A DNA stretch of 63,411 bases, filler included, from Octopus bimaculoides (lineage: Eukaryota): NCBI RefSeq assembly GCF_001194135.2. It is 7 parts of 7 records of this genome, joined end to end, with 100 filler letters (N's around TTAATTAATTAA, not from the genome) between each part and the next. Parts side by side here need not be neighbours in the genome. Positions count along the whole stretch, not along the records: positions 38,405 to 49,720 come from NC_068983.1; positions 49,821 to 58,887 come from NC_069001.1; 5 more parts are not named here. One strand, written 5' to 3'. Positions 39,385 to 53,710 of the stretch are shown here, piece by piece. The notes beneath the pieces were generated by a model, which was not told the DNA's origin, did no database searches, and saw nothing but the letters and a program-made list of their open reading frames with translations. The position numbers and the translations under genes are program-made. Within the stretch, counting starts at the first letter, position 1. Each line of letters starts with the position of its first letter.

Positions 39385-41280
39385 AATATACTTGCCACGG
39401 GTGATTTCAACTTCAAATGACCCTAGAAACAGTCTCTCTGAAATGTCGCTGCAAGATCCAAGATAGAAAGAACTTTTCTAAGCTTCACAAGCATGCTGTG
39501 CGTGGAAGAATCAGTAAGTTATTCAGGGGTGAAGATACCAAGATCATTGCTTCAGAAATACATGGAATTCATTCCCAATGTGAAGATGTTATCTACGCTT
39601 TTCTCTGACCGTAATGTAGTAGAACTAACAATGAAAAGCACTTAGAAAACTGTAAAGATGCACTTAACGACAGGCGCACGAAACTGAGCTATCTTGAACT
39701 TTTACATGTCTCACCGGATATCAGTTGAAAGTATATTTTGAAAATGAACTGATTCCAAATTATTCTCTTCTACTCTAGGCACAAGGCCCGACATTTTTGG
39801 GGAGGGTGCCAGTCGATTGGAGCGACCCCAGGACGCAACTGGTACTTAATTTATCGACTACAAAAGGGTGGAAGGCAAAGCGGACCTCGACAGAATTTGA
39901 ATTCAGAACGTAAAGTCAGGCGAAATACCGCTAAGCAATTCGCCCGGCGTGTTAACGTTTCTGCCAGCTCGCCGCTTCCTGATTCCAAAACATTTATGTC
40001 TTTATTGCCCACAGAGGGCTAAGCATAGAGGGGACAAACAAGGACAGACAAAGGGATTAAGTCGATTACATCGGCCCCAGTGCGTAACTGGTACCCCGAG
40101 AGGATGAAAGGTAACGTTGAAAGGCAAAGTCGACCTCGGCGGAATTTGAACTCAGAACATAAAGACAGACAAACTACCGCCAAGTATTTCGTCTGGCGTG
40201 CTAACGTTTCTGCCAGCTCGCCGCCTTCTGATTCCAAGATATTACAATCGAAAACAATGAGATGAAGCTGAAACAATTTATGTCAATAATGCTAGCTGCA
40301 AACAGCAACTTTGTTCAAGAGAGTAGGCCAGTATTCACTAGAATATGACACAAGTGGCAATACAAATTTGAATAAACAAAGGACAAACTTCTTAAATCGT
40401 TCAATTGACCGATTTATGGACAATCGAAAGAGACACGTCAAAAAGAATCCTTTTATTATAAGTCGAAAATAAAACATTTCTAGAAGTAATCCAAAATCCT
40501 ATCCTATAGGCATTGTTTCAAGGAAAGGATTCAATGAATGCGAAACCCAAAGCGTTAAGTGAAATATTCAAGAACAAATAATTTACTGATATGACGCCTG
40601 GAAATAAAGAAGCCAGTTAAGTTTCTCAACGCTTCAACTGAAAGAGGTAGTAATCGAACCATCGATTACATGGATGTAGAAGACAGCTTAAATTCTGCGT
40701 TAAACCTTGATAATTACCTGGCACTTCTCTGAAAATCATGAAATACTTCTACTGTAAAAAGTGTTTAGATATTTTTCAAAAATGTTCATGTAAATGGTAA
40801 GCTCACTAAAAAGTAGAAAGGAGGCAAAATATGTTTCTTTTCTGTAAGGACTTAGAACAAATGGTAAAGTTACAAGTCTTTGGCTATAACTTAATATATA
40901 ATTTAAGTTATATAACGAATCATAACAAAGCAACTGACTGCTTGCTTGGAGGAAAACGACTTATTAACTGATACCTAACTAGACTACTCCTGGTTAGACA
41001 GCACCTCACGTACAGCTTGAACAAGAATACAATGTTAGTGGAACAGTTAGTCAACCGTTCAAATATAGATATGGTATATCTGAAATTTGTGGTGTTGTCG
41101 ATGTTCAACAAACTTAACATGACACAAACCATGTTATTTTGGCATAGCAGAAAAGTAGGAGAGTCGGAGCATGATGTTTTAAGAGACATAAGTCAAACTA
41201 TTCAGGCAAACAGATAATGTGTAATAGGTACAAACGGACCTCGGTTCCCGACCAAGATTTTTCACGTGGCCAATGAAAGG
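39385..41280 (+). mobile_element. Old CR1/L2-type LINE remnant (endonuclease and RT fragments) split by SINE insertions
   Basis: NILATGDFNF (about 39385) and SDRNVVELTM (about 39605) match APE GDFN / SDH motifs. LEENDLLTDT and NIDMVYLKF (about 40945-41085) resemble the CR1 RT region (..D.IYLDF.KAFD). Confidence 0.55.
39765..40225 (-). mobile_element. Two adjacent family B SINEs
   Basis: Both end (reverse complement) in tgctaacgtttctgccagctcgccgc; CpGs largely intact. Confidence 0.88.
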
Positions 41281-41863
41281 AACAAGTAATATTATTGAAT
41301 TAAAGTGTAAGTCACTGAGCATTCCATTTTTAAGGACGTTTGGAATCAGCGAGAAACTTTATGACAAGGCCGGATATTTTAAATATATACACAGTCTGTC
41401 CGGTTAGCTTTAACGCATTTTCTACGTGTCCAATTTAAGCCATAATGCATGAACCAAGCTGAAGTTATAATGAAAGTTACTTGGCCACAACTCCACACGC
41501 TGGAATCGAACGCTTAACTTTGTGATAACGAGAACTCTAACAAATCGGCCATCCTGTCACTCACTCCGACTCCCTCCCTCTGTCTGTCTATCTGTCTATC
41601 TGTGTGCCTGCCTGTCTCTCTCTGTAATATATATATATATATNNNNNNNNNNNNNNNNNNNNNNNNNNNNNNNNNNNNNNNNNNNNNNNNNNNNNNNNNN
41701 NNNNNNNNNNNNNNNNNNNNNNNNNNNNNNNNNNNNNNNNNNNNNNNNNNNNNNNNNNNNNNNNNNNNNNNNNNNNNNNNNNNNNNNNNNNNNNNNNNNN
41801 NNNNNNNNNNNNNNNNNNNNNNNNNNNNNNNNNNNNNNNNNNNNNNNNNNNNNNNNNTATGTA

Positions 41864-41894
<31 letters not shown>

Positions 41895-41899
41895 ATATG

Positions 41900-41934
<35 letters not shown>

Positions 41935-42788
41935 GTATATGTATAAAAGCGTGTATATATATACATATATATATATATATATACATTTATACACACACAC
42001 ACACACAGACACACATATATATATATATATATATATTCATGTGTGCGTATGCATGTAAATGAGTTTTTGTGTTCATGCTTATGTGTGTTGGCTGTTCACT
42101 CGTTGAACATGTGACCATCACTGATGGTTAGAAAATACAAAATATATTGCCAGCAATGGCTGCGAGAAATTTAAGTCAAGTCATTGACACCTTCCACAGC
42201 AACTAAGTAACATTGATCAGGAATGCCAAGGAGACTATAGATATGTAAGATGCATTATATACAGATTTATCAGAGTAAACTTCTCTTGTAGACATTTGTA
42301 GCGAAAATTTATGGTTTTCTCACACCTAGTGATGATTTAGAGGGGGTACCAAAACCCAACATGGAATTCTCAAGTTCATGCTTTAGCTGTTAACTGTGAA
42401 CTACCATAAGTGATTCAAGCTTCTAGAGCACTTACGAAACGCACACACACATTACTTTCTCCTTCTTTGTGTTCATATCCCGACACACATACGCACGCAC
42501 GGACACACACACACATACACACACACAAATATATGCATATTTCTGCTTATATACGCATATATATATATATGCGTATATATGAGTGTGTGCGTGTACGTAC
42601 AAGTCTTTCAGTATGTCTTGCGTGAGTGTGTATGGAAATTTACAGATTTGTTTCCATTTGTATGCATATATTATAAAATGCTTCCGTAAATGTATTTAAA
42701 TTGCATAGTATTTATGCACACATATGCATCTCTATATCTACTTTGATATAATCGAATCTATCTATCTATCTATCTATCTATCTATACA

Positions 42789-42820
<32 letters not shown>

Positions 42821-42899
42821 CATGTGTGTGTGTGTGTCTGTGGATTCATGTCTATATTATGAGTACATGCAAGAGTGAGTACATCTGTTATTATTTCTT

Positions 42900-42977
42900 C
42901 TTCCTCCTCCTTCTCCTCCTCCTCTTCTTCTTCTTCTTCTTCTTCTTCTTCTTCTTCTTCTTCTTCTTCTTCTTCTT

Positions 42978-43008
<31 letters not shown>

Positions 43009-43010
43009 TC
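42900..43010. repeat. (CTT)n microsatellite
   Basis: Directly visible. Confidence 0.95.
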
Positions 43011-43671
43011 ATCATTGTACGTACACATATATGTATAATACATACATACATATACATATACTGAGAGAAGTATGCAAATATATATATATATACACACACA
43101 CATACATCTCTACATACATACATACATACATANNNNNNNNNNNNNNNNNNNNNNNNNNNNNNNNNNNNNNNNNNNNNNNNNNNNNNNNNNNNNNNNNNNN
43201 NNNNNNNNNNNNNNNNNNNNNNNNNNNNNNNNNNNNNNNNNNNNNNNNNNNNNNNNNNNNNNNNNNNNNNNNNNNNNNNNNNNNNNNNNNNNNNNNNNNN
43301 NNNNNNNATATATATATATATTTATATATATATATATATATGTATGTAGTATAATCTTTATGATATGTGCCACAGTTTGTGCTTGCAAATATAAACGAAT
43401 AATTGTATACGTATACGCTGCATACAACACACATGCATATATTCATATATGCGAACATAAATTTATGCTTCCCATTTCCATTTCTTGCAAATGACAGTTA
43501 TACCAATCGACTAAAGAAATAAAAGCATCCAAGAATTGAGATGGAAACAGCAATCGATTCACCATATATTCTTGGACTTCATAAAAATTCACTACATTAT
43601 ACGACAAATTCCGACATCAAAACATTTAAGACATAATCCTGGTTACATATTTTTGCTTTGTTTTCTCTTAG

Positions 43672-43799
43672 CAAATCTCTCGTGGTGTCCAAATTGCTAC
43701 AAGAATTGTATTAAAAGGAATATAAATAACATAGAATATTTAAAAGAGAGACTAGAAGTGATTTTCATGTTTGGAAGCAGTTTACAAAACATAAAATAC
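43672..43799 (+). CDS. Candidate internal coding exon (128 nt) of an unidentified gene
   Basis: Acceptor tttttgctttgttttctcttag| and donor |gtgagt. Only one phase is open: NLSWCPNCYKNCIKRNINNIEYLKERLEVIFMFGSSLQNIKY. No family recognised and no partner exons found. Confidence 0.35.
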
Positions 43800-44007
43800 G
43801 TGAGTGAGTGCAGTTACTTAATCCGTTTTTGTCGCTTCTGAATTACTAAAGACTTTGGTGAATTAACTGACGTAGATTCCTCTCAGACTTCTCCAGACAG
43901 TCACCTAGTAGTATTTTGAATTAGAATTTCAACCAGCATATTTACTGATGGAATAAGTTTTGAATTAATAACTTGATATGTTAATGACCTTTTTGTTGTT
44001 GTTGATG

Positions 44008-44073
<66 letters not shown>

Positions 44074-44259
44074 GAAGCAAAAATAAAAGAGTGCCATTGT
44101 TATCAAGTGAACGATATTTCAACATCTTGTGTATCTTCCACACGTTCAAAAACTAAACTTGTCAATCTACTTCATTTTGGTTAATATTTATAGGAATTAG
44201 GTAACTCCTCCAGAAAATATAGAAGCAAAAATAAAAGAGTGCTTTTGTTATCAAGTGAA

Positions 44260-45078
44260 CGGAGCTGGCAGAATCGTTAGCACGCCAGGCGAAATGCTTA
44301 GCGGTATTTCGTCTGCCGCCACGTTCTGAGTTCAACTTCCGCTGCGGTCGACTTTACCTTTCATCCTTTCGGGGTCAATTAAATAAGTACCAGTTACGCA
44401 CTGGGGTCGAAGTAATCGACTTAATGCCTTTGTCTGTCCCTGTTTGTCCCCTCTATGTTTAGCCCCTTGTGGGCAATAAAGAAATAAGAATCGTTAGCAC
44501 GCCGAGCGAAATCTTTAGCGGTACTGTTGCTACGTTCTGAGTTTAAATCCTGCCGAAGTCCACTTTCCCTTTCATCCTGTCGGAGTGGATAAATTAAGTA
44601 CCAGTTGAGTACTGGGATCGATGTTATCGACTATGCCCCTCCCCTAAATTTCAGGCCTTGTGCTTATAGTAGAAAGGATTATTATCACTATATAAGGCAG
44701 TGAGCTGGCAGAATCGTTAGCACGCCGGACGAAATGGTTAGCGGTATTTAATCTGCCGTTACGTTCTGAGTTCAAATTCCACCGAGGTCGACTTTGCCTT
44801 TCAACCTTTTGGGGCCGATCAAATACGTATCAGTGAAACACCGGAGTTGATCTAATTGACTAGTCCTTTCTCCGCAAATTTGAGGACTTGTACCTCCAGT
44901 AGAAATGGTTATTATTGTTGTTATTATTATTATTATTATTATTAATAATAATATTGCTATATAAGGCGGTGAACTGGCAGAATCGTTAGCACGTTGGGTA
45001 AAATGCTTAGTGGTATTCTGAGTTCAAATTCTACCGAGATCGTTTTTGCCTTTCATCCTTTCGTGGTCGATAAAATAA
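44260..45078 (+). mobile_element. Head-to-tail cluster of four family B SINE copies
   Basis: Heads gagctggcagaatcgttagcacg at about 44262, 44490 (partial), 44703 and 44972. Confidence 0.88.
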
Positions 45079-45310
45079 GTTTACTTGGCAAAGGAACATG
45101 ACCATCCCGAAATATAACAGTAATCTTTAGCTCTCCAGATACTTTATTCAGAAGGGGAATTTGCTGCACTTGAAACTTTACTAGGCCTGTGAGACTTGTT
45201 GCAGGAGAAGGAGGAAGGAATATTTTCAATAGGAGATCTAACTTTATTACTTGCAGTGGAGAGGACTCTGGTAACGCCAGCCAAGGTGTCAGATATTTTG
45301 CCAAGTGAAC
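45079..45310. mobile_element. Possible small non-autonomous DNA element with 14-bp TIRs
   Basis: GTTTACTTGGCAAA at the start, TTTGCCAAGTGAAC at the end (1 mismatch); truncates the preceding SINE at aataagt. Confidence 0.4.
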
Positions 45311-45814
45311 ACACGCATTATATTTTCGCCCTTCATTTTAGCTATATTATTGTTCTTATTTTTGTGTCCTTTTTCTGAAATCTTTCGTCACACGTCCTGT
45401 AACCTTTTTCACGACTCTCTGTTCCACGTATCTCTTCCTGTTCTGTTTAGTACAGAATGTAAATATTTGTTTCAACACGCGATTCCACATCAGGAATCTT
45501 GCAAAACAAATACATAAACATAACTGAGGATTACTATTATGTTTAAGAGTTATAAGAGAAAACGCTGCAAATGTAGAAGACTATTGCGCCTCAGTGATTA
45601 GCATAGAAAGAAGCAGATTGGATCACAATGAACACCATATGATAATTCCTGTATAAATATCACTTCATAACGGTGAAGGACACACGAGGAACATACTCCT
45701 GAGACGGGTACGTCAGTCTTCAGTTTTACATACTGTCAAAAACCGATATCAAATCAGGTAGCAAACACTTATGCAATCAGGATAACAATAGCTTTACTCA
45801 CGATTTTATAATCA

Positions 45815-46020
45815 TTTCAAATTCTGGCATAAGGCCAAAAACTTAACGGGAAGTGCTGAGTCAACTAAATCGAGCCCAGTGCCCAACTGGTACTTAATTT
45901 ATCGACCCCGAAATGATCAAACGCAAAGTTGACCTCGGGGGAATTTGAACTCAGAACGTAAAAACGGACAAAATGCCGCAATGAATTTTGCCCGGCATGC
46001 TAACGTTTCTGTCGATATGT
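45815..46020 (-). mobile_element. Family B-type SINE
   Basis: ggtacttaatttatcgaccccga...gaatttgaactcagaacgta...ggcatgctaacgtttctg. Confidence 0.8.
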
Positions 46021-46383
46021 TGCCTTAAACACACGATATTATATTAATGGCTGGATGAAAAAAGTCGGATTTAATGAGAATCAAATGCTGGTTATCTCAT
46101 CAGCCTGTCACCTCAGATTGCTGACAGTCTACATTAATATAATTAGATGTCTGAAGAGTAAAAATAAACAGAAAGAACAGGTAAGTGATATTATGTATGC
46201 TACTAATGGTATGTAAATATTACAGCTGTTAATCGCATTTATGCGATGTAAACAGATTACTAAATAAGATGAAGGACTGGATGTGCGGGATGAAAATAAG
46301 ATGCGTATAACGTTATACAAACATTCATAAAGTACATGATTTTCTATGTGACATGAAAGTAACAGTTTTGAACTCGAGAGTAT

Positions 46384-46427
<44 letters not shown>

Positions 46428-47490
46428 AGAGAGAGAGAATGGGAGAGAGGAAGAAAATGATGTAACAAAAATAATAAATATACGAGGTGAGAAAGAAAGA
46501 GTGGGAACATGCGCAATGAAACACAGTGGTAGCAGTAAGAGGATACATAAACAGATATATGAATAGACTGCTTGGTAAGATGTGCGAAGAGATAATATTA
46601 AGGAGCAAAAGAGGGGAAAAGCTGTAAAATAAGTAAAGAAAGAGATCGATTAATTCGCAGATATATAGACACAAACAAGTACCTCCTTTGCGCCACAAGG
46701 CTCAACTATCATCCCCTCTTCATCTGACCCTCCTCTTCTCTTTTCCTTTCACACCTACTTCCTACCATCCTCCTCTCCTCTCTTGCTCTGGCACCTACTT
46801 CCTCTCGTCCCTCCTACCCACCTTCTCCCTTTCACCTTCTCCCTTCGTGGTCACCCCTCCTTCATTATCCCACCCCTACATATTCCAGTCCCACCATACC
46901 TATACGTCCCATCCCACTTCCACCCCATCCCTTAAACCTCCACCTTTGCTTCCCCCACTCTGGCCTCCCACACGCCCCAACACCACCACACCACACCACA
47001 CCACACCACACCACAAATCACCCCACCACCACACCATACACCACCACACCACAGCACACCATACACCACCACACCACATCGCATCACACCACCCTGCACA
47101 CACTAGCACTGACCACTTCCCAGCACCCACACCATTATACATACAGCTACACATTGCACACGCGCACACGTCAATATTACCAGCCCCCTTCTACAGGCAG
47201 ATACACGCAGTCACATACATACGCACGCGCACCGTTTTTGGATCACCAATACTTTATCATATCCCCTTCTTCCTAGCTCTCCTGTGTGACACCTTTGTCC
47301 GGCATTTGCCATGATAGATCGCTAGCCACTAAACCTTTTTTCTTTTTTCTCTCTCTGTTTATTTCTGTGTTCTTTCTGTCGAAGAGCATAGGCTCGAAAC
47401 ATAAAAGACTTTCTCACTTCCCGAGCGTTAAACTAATACATCTGTTTGTTCTTTACACACGCATCTTCATCTTGTGCTTTTTGAAAATTC

Positions 47491-47534
<44 letters not shown>

Positions 47535-48090
47535 AAGAGAGAGAGGGAGAGAGAGTGAGTGAGAGAGAGAATACACACATATATGTACATATATCCATGC
47601 ACACATATGGGTGTGTGTATAGAGGTACAAGTAACAATATCTATTTATGTAATATCAGGAACAATATGCCGCACATATATCCAATGAATTTTTTTCGCGC
47701 AAAATATTTTTAGCTGAGAACTCAAGATGTGTGAAGAAATATATGCATTCGAAATGACAATATAATTACATACGATGAACTGAAACGGAAGTGTATTCGA
47801 AAATAGAAACACTGTGATTCATATTAAAATACTTATAATACATACTGGGTGTACCGAGTCAGGATAAATTGTCATCGTTATCCGAGCATATCGTCCGTAC
47901 CGCCTAATATTGATTCGCGCGCATTAACACACACACCCACACGTACGCGCGCGCACACACACACACACACGTACGCGCGCACACACACACACACTCACAC
48001 AGACACACACTAGCGTATACATACGCACATGCGTGCATAAAATCATACATGCATAAATTCATATACACACATACATATGTAGATATGTGA

Positions 48091-48145
<55 letters not shown>

Positions 48146-49504
48146 GATCCAGATAGATAGAACGATAGATTGATAGAGAGATAGAAAGATAGATATATAG
48201 ATAGATAGATAGTTATACAGATAGATAGACAGATAGGTGCTGAATTCATGATAGTAAAACTGTGCTTTTGATTCCTGGCCCTGACAATGCGTCGTGTTTC
48301 TGAGCAAAACACATCATTTCACGGTGTTGCCGTCCTCAAAATACCCATTCCTGCATATATATATATAAAGATGTAATAATCCTTATCTTCTGCTATTACC
48401 ATCTCGGATGAAGGGATAAATTGAATTTTCCCTGAAACAACTGTAAGACATTGCCATTGGTCTCTTTATCTCATTCTTTTTATATATACACACGCTAATA
48501 CACGACCCATGTTATATTCCCCATTCATGTTGCAACCACATCTGGGGCAAAACTAGTCGGTGTACAGCACTTACTCGGTATTACCTATATCATTAGGGTC
48601 TGGTTGACTCCAATACCATTCATAACCTTTATATACATANNNNNNNNNNNNNNNNNNNNNNNNNNNNNNNNNNNNNNNNNNNNNNNNNNNNNNNNNNNNN
48701 NNNNNNNNNNNNNNNNNNNNNNNNNNNNNNNNNNNNNNNNNNNNNNNNNNNNNNNNNNNNNNNNNNNNNNNNNNNNNNNNNNNNNNNNNNNNNNNNNNNN
48801 NNNNNNNNNNNNNNNNNNNNNNNNNNNNNNNNNNNNNNNNNNNNNNNNNNNNNNNNNNNNNNNNNTTTCCATTTTGACGTATTTTGGTATGGTATTAAAG
48901 AGAGCTCGACCTGTTGAGGCAAAGTAATTGTGACGTAATGTTGCTATGTATACCGAGTACGATTTTTGTGCCTACAATAGAAAGGATTATTGTCTGAGAG
49001 AGCAGTGCATGCCATTAAAGTGACACTGGGGTAAAATATACGAAGCACAGTATGCACATCAAGACTACCCGTCTGATAAAGGTGTACCAGGCATTTGCAT
49101 TACAACCATATGTGCGCGACATGGTTATTTCATATCAATATAAACAGCGCATCAGAGTAGCTCATCTCGCTCAAAATGTCCCTGCATAAAGTTTGTTTAA
49201 GGATGCTGAACGAAACAACCATGGTGCCAAAGGTAAATTAACCAAGCCCAAAGAAGTCCTCTCAACACATGGCTATGGTGCTCCCCCACTACTTCCGATT
49301 GTGATCAAAGATGTACATATCGTTAGCTACTAAGGGACATGGTCAACTGGTTAAGGTGAAAAAAAAAACCTTAGAAGCAAATCTGTGGTATTGAACAGAA
49401 TATTTGCTGTAGCCCATCTTTTAAACCAAGACAAAGCAATGTACCTGATGACACTTCCAATCAGTTAAGATCAATAGCCATGAGAGCCACTAACTGGTAA
49501 TGCC

Positions 49505-49522
49505 TTATTATTATTATTATTA

Positions 49523-49584
<62 letters not shown>

Positions 49585-49594
49585 GTTATTATTA

Positions 49595-49632
<38 letters not shown>

Positions 49633-49642
49633 GTTATTATTA

Positions 49643-49713
<71 letters not shown>

Positions 49714-49715
49714 TT
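49505..49715. repeat. (TTA)n microsatellite with TTG interruptions
   Basis: Directly visible. Confidence 0.95.
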
Positions 49716-49820
49716 ATGTTNNNNNNNNNNNNNNNNNNNNNNNNNNNNNNNNNNNNNNNNNNNNTTAATTAATTAANNNNNNNNNNNNNNNNNNNNNNNN
49801 NNNNNNNNNNNNNNNNNNNN

Positions 49821-49869
<49 letters not shown>

Positions 49870-49878
<9 letters not shown>

Positions 49879-50290
49879 GGGCACAGGATGTCATAAAACG
49901 TAAACAATATAAAATACGAAACACGAAAATGTAGAATGCGAACTTTTTTTGCGAACAAGGAAAGAAACAAATGGAAAAGAAGTAGATACAAAGAACGTCC
50001 CTTCATCAGTTGTCGGCTGTTTATCTGCTCAATATTTCGAGCAATTACCACAAGATGTGTCTTCGAGAAAAAAAGCTGCTTCCGCAATGTAAAATAAAAT
50101 CTGGGATTTGCGGGGAGACAAAGGTGGTAATGACAACAGGACAGTGAAAACAAAGAGTAAGGGCTGCTAAGGTATAACGAAGGTGAGCTGGCGAGCGCCG
50201 GAGGAACAAGCTTGGACAGGAGAAATGATAGGAGAGGAGACAGACAAGAATGCGTGTGATCTGTGTGGAAGATCAAAAGGAAAGCAGGAA
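49870..50290 (-). mobile_element. Penelope-like terminal fragment
   Basis: Reverse complement contains ctgatgaagggacgttc and ends catcctgtgcccatatata, the same end motif as 5795, 10990 and 20390. Confidence 0.45.
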
Positions 50291-50381
50291 GGAAGGAAGC
50301 ACCCTTATATGCATATGTATATACATATATATATATGTAAGTATGTACATATATGTATGCATATATGCATATATATTATAT

Positions 50382-50412
<31 letters not shown>

Positions 50413-50768
50413 NNNNNNNNNNNNNNNNNNNNNNNNNNNNNNNNNNNNNNNNNNNNNNNNNNNNNNNNNNNNNNNNNNNNNNNNNNNNNNNNNNNNNNNN
50501 NNNNNNNNNNNNNNNNNNNNNNNNNNNNNNNNNNNNNNNNNNNNNNNNNNNNNNNNNNNNNNNNNNNNNNNNNNNNNNNNNNNNNNNNNNNNNNNNNNNN
50601 NNNNNNNNNNNNNNNNNNAAGGAGAAGAGTTTCGGAAGAAATATATTAGCTTGTCACTCGGGGAAAAGAGAGGATTTTGGCATTACGTGAGCACCTCTTC
50701 GTCGAAAAAGAAAAACGGAAATATACAAAGAAGGAAATCTCTAACGCAGTGTCTCTATTTATATATAT

Positions 50769-50802
<34 letters not shown>

Positions 50803-52332
50803 CATCATGTCCTTGTTAGTGTGCTATGATCGATATTCAAACATTCGTAAGACCATATCAGATAATTAAACTCGAGTAAAGTGTTTGAAAAATAAGGAAT
50901 GTTCATCGATGGACTGCAATTCATATTTCTGTATTCAGCAATCATTGGCAGTTAAGAAATCCAGAATTAAGCACTGAAGCCCACGCGGAAATGAAGAATG
51001 CAATAGTCATTTTGACTCATGTCTATTGAATCTTATTCTATAATCCTAGCTTGAGGACATCTCATAATTTAAAGAAAATAAGGATATATTAGCTAAGCAT
51101 GGTTGAGATAATACGTATTGTAATTCTTACCGATGACAACGGCAGAAACTAACAACTACACCTTATTTTAAAATGTACCCCTAAAAGTTGTTTCGCAACA
51201 AGGTGTTTATCAGCATGTAAATTGAAAGATCTGGACACCAGCAAAATCAACATCAAAGAGCTAATGAGAGAAACGTATATGTTGGTTGATCAGCTGAGAT
51301 CACATCATATGTAATCAGGTTGATCACATCAAATCTAATCACTCTAAATTAAAATATATTGGATCATATACCTGAAATACTTGTAAATTTGAACAATCCG
51401 CGAACCATTTTATCACCAGCTTCTCCATCTCTGTCTTTATCGAAAATATCTGTTTCCAGAATAACCATCGTTCTTCAACCATCAGTTGATCATCGTTCGT
51501 TTATTAATCACCAGGAGAACCTGAAAGTATAAAACACATGTGCACAAAACTACTCTTCATAAATAAGCGTTTTAACTTAGAAAAATAAAACAAAGTACCA
51601 ACTTTGGAACGTTTATGATTGTAAGCCTGGTCGATGATGATCGACGCCGGGTTAAACACAAACAATGATACATCAATATTCAAACCAGTAACAATACCAT
51701 TATTTTAAGCACCCAACTCTATGAAAAACTTCCTTCGCAAACTACTAGAAGAAACCTACCACCGTCAAAGACATTAATAATAACGAAAAACAGCTATGCG
51801 GATCTGTCCAAGTGTTTGACCTTCTACTCCACTCACTCTGTGATGTGACAACTTTGATAATTTTAATACCGAACGATGTAAAGTCCTAAACATCTATGAG
51901 ACAGGTGATGGTTTGTATTGTGACATTTTTTTTTTCAAAAATGCACCCAATCTGATATATGGCTTCGTATTTTCGTTTCAATTTTCTCTGTAGTTCTGCT
52001 ATCGCAGTACATCTCTCACTAAATACTTTTCTTTCATTTCTCGTCATTTTTGTTCTTTCATGTTTTCTCTCTATGTTGCTGCTCCGGATAAATTAAAAAT
52101 CTTACCGCTTTCATGTGTAAGCATTTGAAAGTGTGTTGCTATTGTTTTCCTCTTTCTCTCCANNNNNNNNNNNNNNNNNNNNNNNNNNNNNNNNNNNNNN
52201 NNNNNNNNNNNNNNNNNNNNNNNNNNNNNNNNNNNNNNNNNNNNNNNNNNNNNNNNNNNNNNNNNNNNNNNNNNNNNNNNNNNNNNNNNNNNNNNNNNNN
52301 NNNNNNNNNNNNNNNNNNNNNNNNNNNNNNNN

Positions 52333-52421
<89 letters not shown>

Positions 52422-53669
52422 GATATGTGTGTGTGTGTATTCATGCACGTGTATGAGTATATGTATATGAGTCTGCTTCATACAGTGCTTTTCTCTTAAT
52501 GTATGTATGCGTTTCTCTATGCGCATGAATAAACATACGCTTACACATAAATATTCCCATAAGAGCGTCGATATAATTATATTGACAAATGTCGTATCTC
52601 CGAAAGTTACAACTTCCGAAAAAGCACCTGGCTTTGATACATCAAATGTAATTTTTCACTTTCCCAACACATATTTCAATTATATTTCTATGATTAGACA
52701 GCATTTTCAAGGGGAAAATGTCAACTAAATTTACTGTAGTGCAATTTGTTTTCAAGTAGAATTTGTTATTGTGAAACGCTATTTACACAATATCGTAATA
52801 ATCTCGGCAACGAGATCTAATCTTCCTTTTAAAGATTCCCTTGTACTTGAACTGAATGTTCCAATTCGTACTTATTTTTATTATATTAGCACTTTTAAAA
52901 AATGTTCTGTGTCTTTAATAACTTTCGAATGGGGGATTGTCCATCTCACCTTTCATGAGTAAATTCTAATAAGTAAATTCTAAAATATTTATAATTAATA
53001 GCGATGAAATTTGAAGTATAATATAAGATTGTGTAAATATAGTTATTCAACTATTATTATACAGATTAATAAACATAAAGGCTAAAACTAAAGGAAAATA
53101 TTTTAAACAATATGAGAGCCGCCATGCAGAGCCGTGAAGTGACAGAATTTCTTCTGGCTTTATAGATGAGTTCAAATATTACTGGCGTCAACGTTAATCG
53201 TTCCAGGGGCAGCAAAATCTAAAACACAGCAGCTGAGCTCTATATTCGATGACTTCAACTGTTCAAGATTGCTGGCCGTAAGCGAAAATTGTATGGAGAT
53301 ATTGGTTTCAAGTTTTGTCAGAAAAACATCTATTTCGTGTGAGGGCGTAAGTGGACTATATCGAGCCCAGAAATTAATCGGCACTTATTTTATCGAAAGG
53401 CAAATTCGACTTCGGCGAAATTGTTATCAAAAACGTAAATTTGATGCAGAAACTCTGCTCAACCTTGTCTGTCATTATCAATGCGGGAATCACACGTTAC
53501 ACATGTTCTTTCCAAGCACCTCGTAAACAGAAGAAGTGAGCTACAACGTTGAAACCTAGTGCCCTGCACAACACAGTTCAAGGTCAATGAATGCCAGGCG
53601 ATTTTACGGTGCGGGATTTAACTTCGTTACTATGGCAAAAGTCCGGGTACTCAAAGTTGAGACACGTAT

Positions 53670-53710
<41 letters not shown>

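Noticed and set aside
48990-49500. Segment that looks like a known octopus interspersed repeat
   Set aside because: Only one copy in this window and no diagnostic motif, so it cannot be supported from the sequence alone.
52560-52970. Minus frame vaguely like an Ig V-set domain (VRWTIP...RESLKGRLDL...RFTITN)
   Set aside because: Many stops and the key cysteines are missing; the similarity is impressionistic.
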